A DNA stretch of 64,000 bases, taken from assembly GCF_964204865.1 (NCBI RefSeq), contig NC_135256.1:19654001-19718000 (forward strand), written 5' to 3'. The position numbers and the translations under genes are program-made. Below, piece by piece: positions 1 to 10,350 of the stretch. Numbering within the stretch: the first letter of the stretch is position 1; each line of letters starts with the position of its first letter. The DNA comes from Styela clava (lineage: Eukaryota). A model generated the notes under the pieces. The model made no database searches. It was not told the DNA's origin and was given only the letters and a program-made list of their open reading frames with translations.

Positions 1-1320
1 AACTAATTGGCTCCAAGTGATTGGCGCTACTTTGGACGATATTTTTGCTTATTTAATAAGCTAATTGAATAATTTCTTGATCCAGTTTATTCCTCACATA
101 AAAAAAGTTATACTAGCCTATGTGATGCATTAAATGAACAAAAATGCTTGCGGTATTTTACAGGTGACGGAATAACGTGAACCAATATGCATTGAAATAA
201 AAGTGATTAGAAAAAAGTGCTGCGCGCCCAAGACTTGAATGGAACACCATACTTCCAAGCACTTTGTCAGCCAAGAGAAAAGTCAACATAAAATACACGT
301 CAGTGACAAAGATAATAAACTTGGGACATTGAAATGTTTATAAAACACGTGAGAACCCAATATTCTATCCGAAGAAGCACGATATCAGTATTTTATGAGT
401 TGTTTTCTATTGACTTTTAATAAAACATACGATAGGCAGACTGACTGGTATATTTTACGACCGAATAGAACCAGATATACCTTTTCGAACAGTACTTTCT
501 ACAAAATAGTATAAGACGAGCGAGTAAGTGTTATATCTCAACAGCGAAAACGGGATTTATTCCTTCTTGATTTGTAAGTTATTATATATATGGTATATTT
601 TTCATACCACTTTTTATTATTATCGAACTTAAATTCAGAAAGAGTCGAGAAGAAATTTTTTTCGTGTTTTGTCGCGCAATTTTTCCTTCATATTTCAATT
701 GATTAAACTGTAATCTCTCTCAAGTCTGTGTTCCTTCCGAGTACGAAAGAAACCTGCTGCACGTTTATAGTAATTTTATTTCAATTAGGTCCATACGAGG
801 TTTCCAATTTATGCCGATTTGACATCTCCTGATTTGGCATCAATATATCACCGCCAATCCTTCTTAAATATATTACGCCGATAACACACCAACAACTACG
901 CCAAAATTAATCTCAAGTGACAATAACTAATTTATTTACGTACAGACTGCATATTTTGTTGAAACACAACGAAGTGCCATTTCGGAACCGCCATAAGGAG
1001 CGCAATTTATAACTTTGATGACGTCGTCGCAAACATAAAACGAATTCCATAGAGGCCACCGAAATTTTTAAAATAAATAGCCTAGGTTGACGAAGCCAAA
1101 TTATAATAAGTTGCCTTCTTAATGTTAATAGCATAAGTAAGTTGAAACACAACGGAGTGCCATTTTTTTTTATATTATAAAATATAATTTCTCAAAATTC
1201 GGAAGTAGCGGGGAAAAGACTATATCAGAATAGGGTGCCGGAAACCTGTCAATCTAAGAAGCGGGTTTGGCCGATAAAATTATGAAGCATCTATCTTCTC
1301 ATTACAGCAATGGATCTGTC

Positions 1321-1577
1321 CACTGTCCCACCTTTGCTACGTGTCCCACTTGTACCACGTGTCCTACTCATCCCACGTGTCCCATTTCTCCCTCATGTTC
1401 CACGTGTTGCACTTGTACCACCTGTCCCACTTGTCCGAATTGCACCACGTGTCAAGTGGGACAAATGGAGCACGTGGTACAAGTGGGCCACGTGGCACAA
1501 GTGCGACACGTGGCACAAGTGGGATAAGTGGGACACGTGGTACAAGTGGAACACATGGGACATTTTGGAGACACCGT
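1321..1577. repeat. Palindromic 9-bp-period minisatellite (foldback/MITE-like), ending in a Tc1/mariner-like terminus
   Basis: Units gtcccactt/gtaccacgt/gtcccacgt run on + to ~1450, then their reverse complements (aagtgggac/acgtggtac) run to ~1560. It ends gacattttggagacacc, a terminus also seen at 23917-23932 and 11291-11313 (...gagacaccctg-TA). Confidence 0.8.
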
Positions 1578-1787
1578 GAAAAGACTACGGAACAATGGCA
1601 TAAAAAAGAAAAATTACCATCAAAATTTGTCGGTCACCGTGTGTTTAAAGAAACATAGCCATGCAGGTCCCGATACGAGTGTTTTTGATCCAAACTAGGA
1701 TTGAAACAAAACTAATGAAAATTTGAAGGAGGCAGAGAATGGTTTAACGGCACGTCTAATTACAGTATAGTAATAAGAAGTTACTGG

Positions 1788-1953
1788 TGTCATACAATAG
1801 TTACAAATATTGTATTATTTGATGCGCTCCAATGACTTTTCCTGCTTGCCCTACTTTACGTGCCCTGCGATAATTTGATGCTGTGCTGTGGTTCAGAGTA
1901 AGGTGCCTCAATAATAATATTTATAGTTGGCAGCAACATGGAGAACTATGACA
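1788..1953 (+). repeat. 5' LTR of the Gypsy element
   Basis: Starts tgtcatacaat and ends gagaactatgaca. It shares both termini and the block gtaaggtgcct(c/a)aataataatatttatagttg with the 3' LTR, and is followed directly by the PBS. Confidence 0.85.
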
Positions 1954-1971
1954 TGGTTTCGGAAGTGGGAT
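1954..1971 (+). promoter_or_regulatory. Primer-binding site, tRNA-Leu type
   Basis: tggtttcggaagtgggat lies immediately after the LTR and has two mismatches to TGGTGTCAGAAGTGGGAT, the complement of a tRNA-Leu 3' end commonly used by Gypsy elements. Confidence 0.75.
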
Positions 1972-2256
1972 ATTCTTTAGGTACTTAAAAAATCAACGTT
2001 GGATATAAAACTTCGTAAGCCTATGTTGCTTTGACAAAGCATAATGCAGGATAAATAAACTCCAGAGATGGACAGGGCTAGTACAGATGCTATACATAAG
2101 TGGTTCAAAATATTCAGACAGAAGAGTGACCTTATCTTCGACGGGCCACTTACTGATAAAGCCAAAGCCTACACGGTGATAATGTTATTACTCGAGAATC
2201 AGAATATTAGATACTATCTCGTTTTCAATTGCGAAGTTTGAATAAGTAATACATTA

Positions 2257-5103
2257 GGGGAGAGTGGGGCACAGTGGCCCTCATTTTTTCTTTGGCGATT
2301 TTCGAACTATTTACTACGCTATTTCAACTTCTAAAGCATATGACTACATTGTAAGAGAAACGAACTTTTTATTTCTTACCAAAGAATTTGCTCAATGGGA
2401 ATATTTTTCCTGTGAGCCAGGTTTTTTGAAAAAAAAATTTTGTCCCACTGTGCCCCGACGTCGGTATACAGTGGGACGGTGGTTGGGTCACAGTGGGACA
2501 CTGAGGAGGAAATAATTTATAAAGAACAAGACACCATCAGGAAAGAAATTTTGCTAAAATATCGAGCCCTTATTCGTCCTTCAAAGCTACTGGATATTCT
2601 ATTGTGTGAGATCTTCACTAAATCGGTAGTGTCTGGAAGCTCTTGCCGTGCCGCCAACTTTAACTGGAGCTTCAAGGCGACAGACTACATCTTCTTCATC
2701 CAGCCCGAATGTGCTTTCTTCATCTTCGGGGAAAACAAAAGCGGAATTTGTTGCTTTCGACGGGATTCTTTGCATAAATATAACTTCAAATTCCTTCTCG
2801 TCGTCGTCCTTGTCAAGAATTTTACCGACGTAATGCAACGCGTTTCCACCACGCCTTCTACTGAATTTAATAATGGCAAAATCCCCCACAGCTGCCACCC
2901 GATCTACACTATCGTCTACACGCGAATCAACTTCACTTTCCAGATCGCTATCGTCATTCAAGGGGACAGATGATTCATCACTGCTCGTTTCAGCAGGTGC
3001 CGCAGCCTTCTTTCGCTTGGGGTTCTTAGAGCTTTTGATTTTGGATTGTGAGTTAGTCAATTTAGCTGTTAAAGCCTCTTTCACCGGCGTATCCGTGAGA
3101 ACAAGCGTCTTTGAGCTCTTTCACCCACACTTTTTTCTTTGCGGACAGCCTTTGTTGAACGGTCTGACATCATCTGGTGAGAAATGTGCAGTAGTGCCGG
3201 AGGTCCCAGGCAAAGAGCTTACATCGGCGTTGCTTGGCGCAGCCTGACACTCTTCGCTATCATCTCCTTTTGGTTCTGGGCGATCTGTAACAAAGGAAGA
3301 CAAGAACTCATGGTCGCCAAATATATCTCGATCAAACGGAAATATTCCAGACACCCGAAATCCCGACTGAATATTTTCAGGCGTGAACGCGCGAATGTAT
3401 GCTGTTTTAGCAACTCCGGCGATATCGTATATCGTTAGAGTTTTGCCTGCATGTTCTGGAAGAGTTAGCCACGCATCAACGGCGTTATTGTAGTAATGTT
3501 TCAGCGGCCCGTATACTGACCTGTCCAGAGGCTGTAGTTTGTGACTACAGTGGGGTGGAAATGTGAGGAGAACCAGACCATTTTCCTTTGCGTAATTGAG
3601 AGAATCAATCGTGATGTGACTCTTGTGGTTGTCCATTAGTAATAGTGCGGGAGTTGAAGGTGTGCAGTTTGCATGTTTTACGAAATGTTTCATCCATGAA
3701 AGAAAGATTTCTGAATTTATCCAACCAGATTTGTTTGCAAACCCAGCTGCACCAAGTGGCGCACCTCTCAGCATATGTTCTCTGAAGTTGACTCTAAGAA
3801 AAATAAAGCACGGAGGTATGGAGTTTCCTAGTGCATTGACTGCGCCTATCATTGTCACAAGAAGTCCCCTTTCGGCCGAAGTAATCTTTCCCACTTGCTT
3901 TATACCTGTTTCGGCAATGATCTTGGACGGCACTTTAACGGTAGTTAACCCGGTTTCGTCCATGTTATATATGGAATTTGGCTCAAACTTGTTACGCTTC
4001 ATTACGGAATCAAGGTTATCAAAGAATTCGCCAACATTTTTCCTGTTGAAACTGGTAGCTCTCGACAAACTTGTGGCTTCTGGTTTGCGCAGAGAGAGTT
4101 TAGGATGACGCTGCATGAATCCATACAGCCAGTCGCTTCCTGCCCTACTGTTCTCAACCCATGACCGCGGAATGTTTGTTCCATTTTTAACTGCCATTTC
4201 ATACGCTAGCTCTCGAACCTCGTCTTTTCGAAGCCCGTAGTGGTGTCTGGATGCATGTAGCAGATAACTCGAAAGCTCACCTTCTTCCTCATCCGAAAAT
4301 ATTCTTTTTACCGTGTAGTTAGGACGAAAATACTCGAGGCTATCTGAGGGCGCTGAGTCGGACACAGAACTTTCTGACATAAACTTCAGTTTTTTGACGT
4401 ACCTTGATAGGGTTGTTTTGGGAATGGCATTTTCTCTTGCAGTTGTATGCAGTTTTTTGCCTTCATGAATCACCTGCTCCGCTGCTCTCTTCATTACCAA
4501 TGGATCGATCTGTCCTATGGAGGTTTTTCTTTTCCTTTTACGTGGCATTTTGCTAGTTGTTTATTTAAATCAATTAGGATTGCTCTGAAATAGGAAGACA
4601 ATCCAACATTGCAACTAGCAAGCAGGAGCGGGGACAGAAGGTAGGCTACTCTAGGTCCCTCAAACCCTACAGAGCTGTGGAGGGGTTCAGTGGGACACGT
4701 CCCAGTGTGTACTCGTGGTTGATGTCCCACTGTGCCCAAGCCCACCATTTTGGGATAATTGACCCTCTCACGACAAGTAGGCTAGAGTGCCGATCTATCT
4801 TATACCCCGTCATAAGCCACTGTGGGGCACCTACCTGGCATGCCAATATGGGCGACAAAAGTCATGCGGGCTGCAGTTTAGAAGCAAAAAACTCCGGCAA
4901 TTTATTTTTACTTTGGCCCCCTAAAAACAACGAAAGTCTCCTAACTTTTTCCAATACGACCTACCGGCGCAAATAAATTTCCTAGAGGACAGGCTTGACC
5001 GTGACTTTTTTCAGTTTGGTCACGTGCCCGGTACGACCACCGGTGTCGCTAGTGAGTGGATTGGACCACTGTGCCCCATGGGCCACCGTGCCCCACTCTC
5101 CCC
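2257..5103 (-). mobile_element. pogo-superfamily (IS630-Tc1-mariner) DNA transposon, full length, inserted in Gypsy gag
   Basis: 24-bp TIRs ggggagagtggggcacagtggccc (2257-2280) and gggccaccgtgccccactctcccc (5080-5103; 1 mismatch), with TA target duplication at 2255-56 and 5104-05. The gag remnant continues on both sides. Confidence 0.95.
2599..4548 (-). CDS. pogo-type DD35D transposase (HTH_psq-like + CENP-B HTH + DDE_1); one in-frame TGA at 3121-3123 separates the 475-aa catalytic part from a C-terminal extension
   Basis: Motifs are AGSDWLYGFMQRHPKLSLRKPEATS, YNMDETG, LLLMDNHKSH and, 35 residues later, LQPLD. ORF 2599..3084 is in the same frame, and the junction reads KKCG*KSSKTLVLTDTPVKEA. 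Confidence 0.9.
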
Positions 5104-5409
5104 TACTAAAGAAATTTGCAAAAACACGATCTCTTATTGATGAAGGTGGTTATGCTGCAATCGCAATCGTTATGCTGCAATCTGCAAACACTACGAGATA
5201 CATTGGTTTTTGGTTTGAAATCTGACAAGGTGCGCAAAGATGCAATTGCTTTAGAACGTTTGGGTAATACGTTGACATTCAAACAATTTTATCATATTGC
5301 AAAAACAGAAGAAAGTACCGATATCAAAGTACAAAAAGAGATCATTACAACAAATAACACAACCACATATTTACATGCAATGAAGAGACAATCAACATAT
5401 AGAAAATCC

Positions 5410-5596
5410 GGTTCCATTACATTTGAACCCACGTACATTTGAACCCATGACAATTGCACCTGTATGCTATTGCACCTATGGGATTTTTTTTGTTTCACGG
5501 ATAGTTAAACCCATACTAACCCTAACCCATGGGTTTTAGCACCCGCATATAGATTGAACCCGTGGATATACGCATGGGTTCAAATGTACGGTCACC
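5410..5596. mobile_element. Merlin/MULE-like MITE (family A), copy 1
   Basis: GG-starting ~22-bp TIRs (gg...tacatttgaaccca / tgggttcaaatgtacggtcacc), a perfect 9-bp TSD agaaaatcc (5401-09, 5597-5605) and internal ctaaccctaaccc. A second copy is at 40378-40548. Confidence 0.85.
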
Positions 5597-6294
5597 AGAA
5601 AATCCAGCATCACGTCGATGTTTTTAAGAACACAGTAGGCTAAGCATGAATGATGAAAAAAAGTCCAAGGCAAATACATTTATAAAAAAAATGCGTGAAA
5701 GATACTACAGATATGATGATTGCCCTGCAGCGGGATCACACTGTATATAATCATTGTGATTTGTGGGTGAATCGGGCAGCCGATCAGCGGAAATAAAGGG
5801 TTGAGAGTTTGCCACATAATGCAAAGAGAAATGCATATAGTAGATATTTAGCCATTATATTGATGAGAGTGGATCAACTGAAGATTAAAGAGAAAATATA
5901 TGTTCAAGTTGAATGACAAACTTAATGCAAACCTAAAAGTTGATACAGGAGCGGATATATGTACAATCACTAAAGGTAATTTTTGCTATTTGGGTATGAA
6001 ACTCCATGTGAAAAACAATAGCTGCATGCTGCATAAGTATACCGATAGAAGAATTAGGACATTTGAAGATGCAAAGATAAAAATTACCTTCTATGAAATA
6101 TCAATGATGATTAATTTTCGTAAAGTTGAAGGTAATGAAAGCCCATCATCTCTTGGTGATAAATACCACATTCAGTTATAAGAGATTTTGCCATGAAGAG
6201 CTATGATGACGAGACAAGTCTACTATGCGAATTTAATGAACCATATAACCAGATAACATAGATTTAAACGACTCACATCGGGCAAATGTGTTAT

Positions 6295-6688
6295 CAGTGG
6301 CGTGCCCAGAGGGGGGCGAAAGGGGCAACCGCCCCGGGCAGCACATTGTAGAGGGACAGCAGAACCAAGCTGTCGAGTTTGCGTTATTACACATGCTCTT
6401 CTAGATGTGTTTTTATTCAATTAAAAGCTAACAGTATGTGTTCTGTGGTGATGGTTATTCAACAAAGGTTGTTTCCCCGACCCTTGACTTCAGAAAAAAT
6501 GTTCCTGTATTTGATGCTTAGTTTAATAAAACAAACTTTTTTTTCTTACTTGACCTTTATTTGATTTATTCTCGTGTATGACGGAATCTATAATCTGTTT
6601 ATCACCCAAATTATTTTAGAAGTTAGATATAAGGGGCAACATTATCAGAAACTCGCCCCGGGCAGCAGACTAGTTTGGCACGCCCCTT
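6295..6688. mobile_element. hAT-type MITE inserted in Gypsy RT
   Basis: TIRs cagtggcgtgcc / ggcacgcccctt with a perfect 8-bp TSD tgtgttat. Removing it restores RT ...SGKCVIQDIFQ. A partial second copy is at ~23555-23871. Confidence 0.9.
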
Positions 6689-8831
6689 TGTGTTATCCAG
6701 GATATATTCCAGAAGAAGCTGGATGACATATTTCTAAATATTCCTAATGTGATTGGTATAGGCGACGATATAATCGTATATGGTGAAACACCGGAAGAAC
6801 ATGACAAATCACTTATAAAAATGCCGGATGTAGGCAGAAAATCTTATATTGGACTCAATAGTGATAAATTGTAGGTCAAACAAATAAAAGTTGAATTTTA
6901 TAGACATTCTTTGTCAGATGAAGGAATATAACCATTCGAGGATAAATTGAGAGTGATAATGTAAAGGAATTGCTCCCCATCCTCGGAATGATAACATATC
7001 TCAACAAGTATTCAACAAAAATTGCAGAACTATCAACACCGTTGAGAAGATTGAAGAAGAAAAATGAAGATAAAGAATTTTATCATATTATGACCCTAAC
7101 CCAACCACGACAACAATTTTGCAATGTGATGCAAGTTAAACAGGTCTTGCCGCCTGTATTTAAGTTGATCGCAACGGTGAATAAAATATAGTTTGCAGTT
7201 ACAGATGCTGAAAGCAGATATTATAACATCGAAAGAGAATGTTTAGCAGTTGCTTATGGTCTGGAGAAATTTGAATAATATCTGTGTGAATAACATGTAA
7301 TTGTTGTAACAGAGCAAGAAAAATATTGTTGATGTTCCAGTGAGACTACAAGAGTCATTTCTCAAATGGTTAAAATTGGATGTCACAGTCAAGTACAAAC
7401 AAGGAATCAAAATATCTGTTGCTGATGCATTGTTGAGTGCAATTGAATAAAAAAAGAATAGTGAGCATTGAGCAATATAAAATACTCTTCATGGCAAGCA
7501 TCACCAATGAATTTGGAGATTAGCGACAGATGAAGACAAGGTTTGTAACAAATTGAAGAAAATCATTTACAAGGGTTGGCCGATCATGGGACTCTCGGAA
7601 CTTTCGACGCGATTCAATTCTTGAAAATAGACTCATTGTCAAAGGAAATCGAATAGCAAACTAAGATCACAAGTCTTGCATGCTCTTTGCAGTGGACATC
7701 AAGGTGAGCCTACATGTTTATTTATGGCAAGGCAATCAGCGTTTTGGCCAGAAATCACAACAAAATGCAACAGATATTTTTGAGTTCCAAGGCATAAAGT
7801 ATTTATTGATTGGGAATTACTTTTACGAGATTTCAAGTCGTTATAAAACTACAGGATATGACAGCTGGGCCAGTATGTGAGCAATTAACAAATGTAGCCT
7901 ACTTTAAGAATGGTTGGTTTCAGTTCCACAATACTATAGGATTCGGGATCTCAATATGTAAGTCAATTGTTCAGGGGAAAATGTGATGCCAATGCAAGTA
8001 CAATGACCTTCAGTTCATCTTATCACCCCAAGCAAATAGTATTGCAGAAGGAGCTATTGGAACGTTGTAAGTCATTGTGGAAGAAAGCCAAAAAAGAAGG
8101 GAAATCCCTGGAATCAAGCTTATGGATTTGTCGAGTCACACCCCTTGATTATCAAACACCATCACCACTCGAAATGGTACTTGGTAGAAAACCAAGAACA
8201 TACATGGCTATGAGTGAACGTTCATTACAATCGAAAACTGTAGATCTCAAAATGCAGCAAGGGATTAATGAAAATAAACATGTGAAACAAAAATAATTTT
8301 AATGATCGAATCACTTTCATTGACAGAAGACCACTATCGAAAAATGAAGATGTATATGTATGGTATGAACTAAAAAGAATATGTGAGTCAGGAAAAATTG
8401 CAAATATACCAAGTTCTATTAGAGAGCCAAGAATCTACGCAGTTCTATTGAATTCGAAATTGTAAATAGAAGGGCTCGTGAACACCTGAAACCAAGAATT
8501 GCTGCAAATAACTAAAAGTATGATAAAATGAAAGTGGAATTGAAATCATTCCATTATACACAAGCTTCAGTGATTAATACTCATAAGCTAGAGAACAGTA
8601 CAACTCTTAAAGAAGTACAAAATCAGGAGGAAAAAAAAATTAATAATGTACCAGAAGAGACACATAAAGTACCTCAACCTACAATAGATAGAAATACTGG
8701 ATTTGCACCAAGAGTTAGGAAAACCAAGTCGGGAACTTTACAGTTACTACAAGTTTCAGTCAAGTTTAGGGATTAGAGTGTTTCCTTTTATGTGAATACA
8801 GTTTCTGTTTTGGTCTTCGAAAAAAGATGAA

Positions 8832-8969
8832 TGTCATACAATTACTGTGGTTAAGAGTAAATGTTAATATAAGTATATATATATGAGCTGATTGCTGATG
8901 TGGATGTTTGGAGGTAAGGTGCCTAAATAATAATATTTATAGTTGTAAACAAAACAGAGAACTATGACA
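8832..8969 (+). repeat. 3' LTR of the Gypsy element
   Basis: tgtcatacaat...gagaactatgaca, preceded by a purine tract. The central part differs from the 5' LTR. Confidence 0.8.
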
Positions 8970-9239
8970 ACAATAACAATATTATTATAGCTGTCCAACA
9001 ACAACAATGCGCAAGTGAGGGGTGACCCAACCATCAACTAGGAGTTTACAAGTTTCTTGACGTCTGATATGTATTTGCTTCAAAACTATCGACACAAGGT
9101 GGCTAATTTCATACAAAATGGATAAATATCAGTGTGGTTTCGATACATTGGAAAACTAGTTTGAAAAAAACTGAGACTTAGCTTGTTTTTGAAAAAAAAA
9201 ATTTGGATTTTAATGTCTTACTAGAACGAGAATTCCGAA

Positions 9240-9340
9240 CTAGAATGCTTCAAAAGATAGAGTGGTCAACGGTATCAAAAGCTTTAGAAATATCAAGGGA
9301 TATTTGAATAGCATGTTGCTTGGCTCCAAACGCCTTTGTT
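9240..9340 (-). mobile_element. Non-LTR retrotransposon (CR1/L2/Jockey-type) reverse-transcriptase fragment
   Basis: The minus strand translates as AIQISLDISKAFDTVDHSI, the hallmark LINE RT motif. Confidence 0.7.
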
Positions 9341-9559
9341 AGTTTTTATATCAAAACATTAGCAGCTTTCAAAATAATTTGACATCCTGCTATACATTAT
9401 TTTTGTCGTGTCGAAGGCTTCTGAGCAACGTTAAATTTTGGTGCTGGACAGATAGAGCTTGAAATTGTATCATTACAAAATGACCTCCACCTCGAAACTT
9501 ATCGTGGTTGAGACACAGAAAAGTACAGTGGTGTATGAACAACACATTTGGCGGCAGCA

Positions 9560-9685
9560 AGCTTGTTTGGTTCAACCTATCTTTGTGAATCAGTCTTTTA
9601 ATGACATGAACTTCACTAAGAACAAACACAGAACACGCCTCATTGGTGAACATCTGCATAACTCACTCAGAGCCGCAGTCATACA
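9560..9685 (+). mobile_element. hAT (Charlie/SPIN/GTF2IRD2-like) transposase C-terminal dimerisation-domain remnant
   Basis: Frameshifted LFGSTYLCESVF...MNFTKNKHRTRLIGEHLHNSLRAAV. Confidence 0.75.
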
Positions 9686-10281
9686 ATCTGTTATGAACAT
9701 TGTACTTATCTTGGGCAGTTTTCAGGTCAAGACGGTTTTACAGCTAAACTGACGCCTGATTATTACCTAATAAGGATATTCCAAATAGAGACATTTAACA
9801 ATGTCGTTCAATGATCAATTGGCATGCAATTGCGTTTCTTGTTATAGTTGTAAAATGCTTGTCTGAAGTCTGACCTGATCTGATCCTTGCGTAATACGCA
9901 TACGGATCCACCTGCGCAAAGGCATAGAGAGCAAGGAAAGGTAGTTAGTTTCACGCAACCTCAACTGTTAGTCATCCATATATTATTATTGTTGTGATCT
10001 TGAAAGATTATGAAATTGGAAATTGATGAATTACGTCAGCGTGCCTAAATATCGATATATACCCTTCGACTGAGACAATAGAAGAATATTATTGAAAATG
10101 TTAGATCTGGACGAATCGGTCGATAACAAAAATATTCGATTATATTGATAGAGATGTGTATGAGAGAATAGGTCATCTATGGCATTCTATGCCACCCTTA
10201 TGCACGCAGGAGGCGGTATGCACTATGCATGTAACGAGGCCGTAAAAGGTTGGTAACCGCCGGTTTTCTGTAATATTTAAC

Positions 10282-10350
10282 CAGGTTGGTCCAAGGTTGC
10301 TAGGTTGGCGGGCCGCAAAAATTTTTTGAGGATGTCTCGCGGGCCGCTAT
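10282..10350 (+). mobile_element. Left end of a hAT-Charlie-type MITE
   Basis: cagg-type start followed by two gcgggccgc subterminal motifs. No right end was identified. Confidence 0.4.

Larger units (their letters stand above)
1788..8969 (+). mobile_element. Degenerate Ty3/Gypsy LTR retrotransposon with nested insertions
   Basis: TGTCATA...TATGACA-bounded LTRs at 1788-1953 and 8832-8969, PBS at 1954-1971, and purine tract gaaaaaagatgaa at 8819-8831. Frameshifted remnants lie in Gypsy order: gag (WFKIFRQKSDLIFDGPL ~2100; LRDTLVFGLKSDKVRKDAI ~5190), protease (LKVDTGAD ~5930), RT (RFKRL...QDIFQ...IGDDIIVYG 6260-6790), RNase H (LQCDAS ~7120; YYNIERECLAVAYGLEKF ~7220), integrase (ATDIFEFQGIKYLL ~7770; SSSYHPK ~8010). 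Confidence 0.9.

Noticed and set aside
150-300. Possible hAT transposase C-terminal remnant at the window start
   Set aside because: Too degenerate to translate into a convincing motif.
1321-1560. CRISPR-like appearance of regular short repeats
   Set aside because: No unique spacers, no cas genes, and a eukaryotic context.
1267-1658. Cys-rich ORF (TCPTCTTC...) resembling a metallothionein, plus overlapping ORFs in the other two frames
   Set aside because: All three frames are open because of the 9-bp repeat. The peptide pattern flips where the DNA inverts, so it is a repeat artefact.
2440-4202. Several 60-177-aa ORFs overlapping the transposase
   Set aside because: These are antisense or alternative-frame shadows of the transposase CDS with no motifs.
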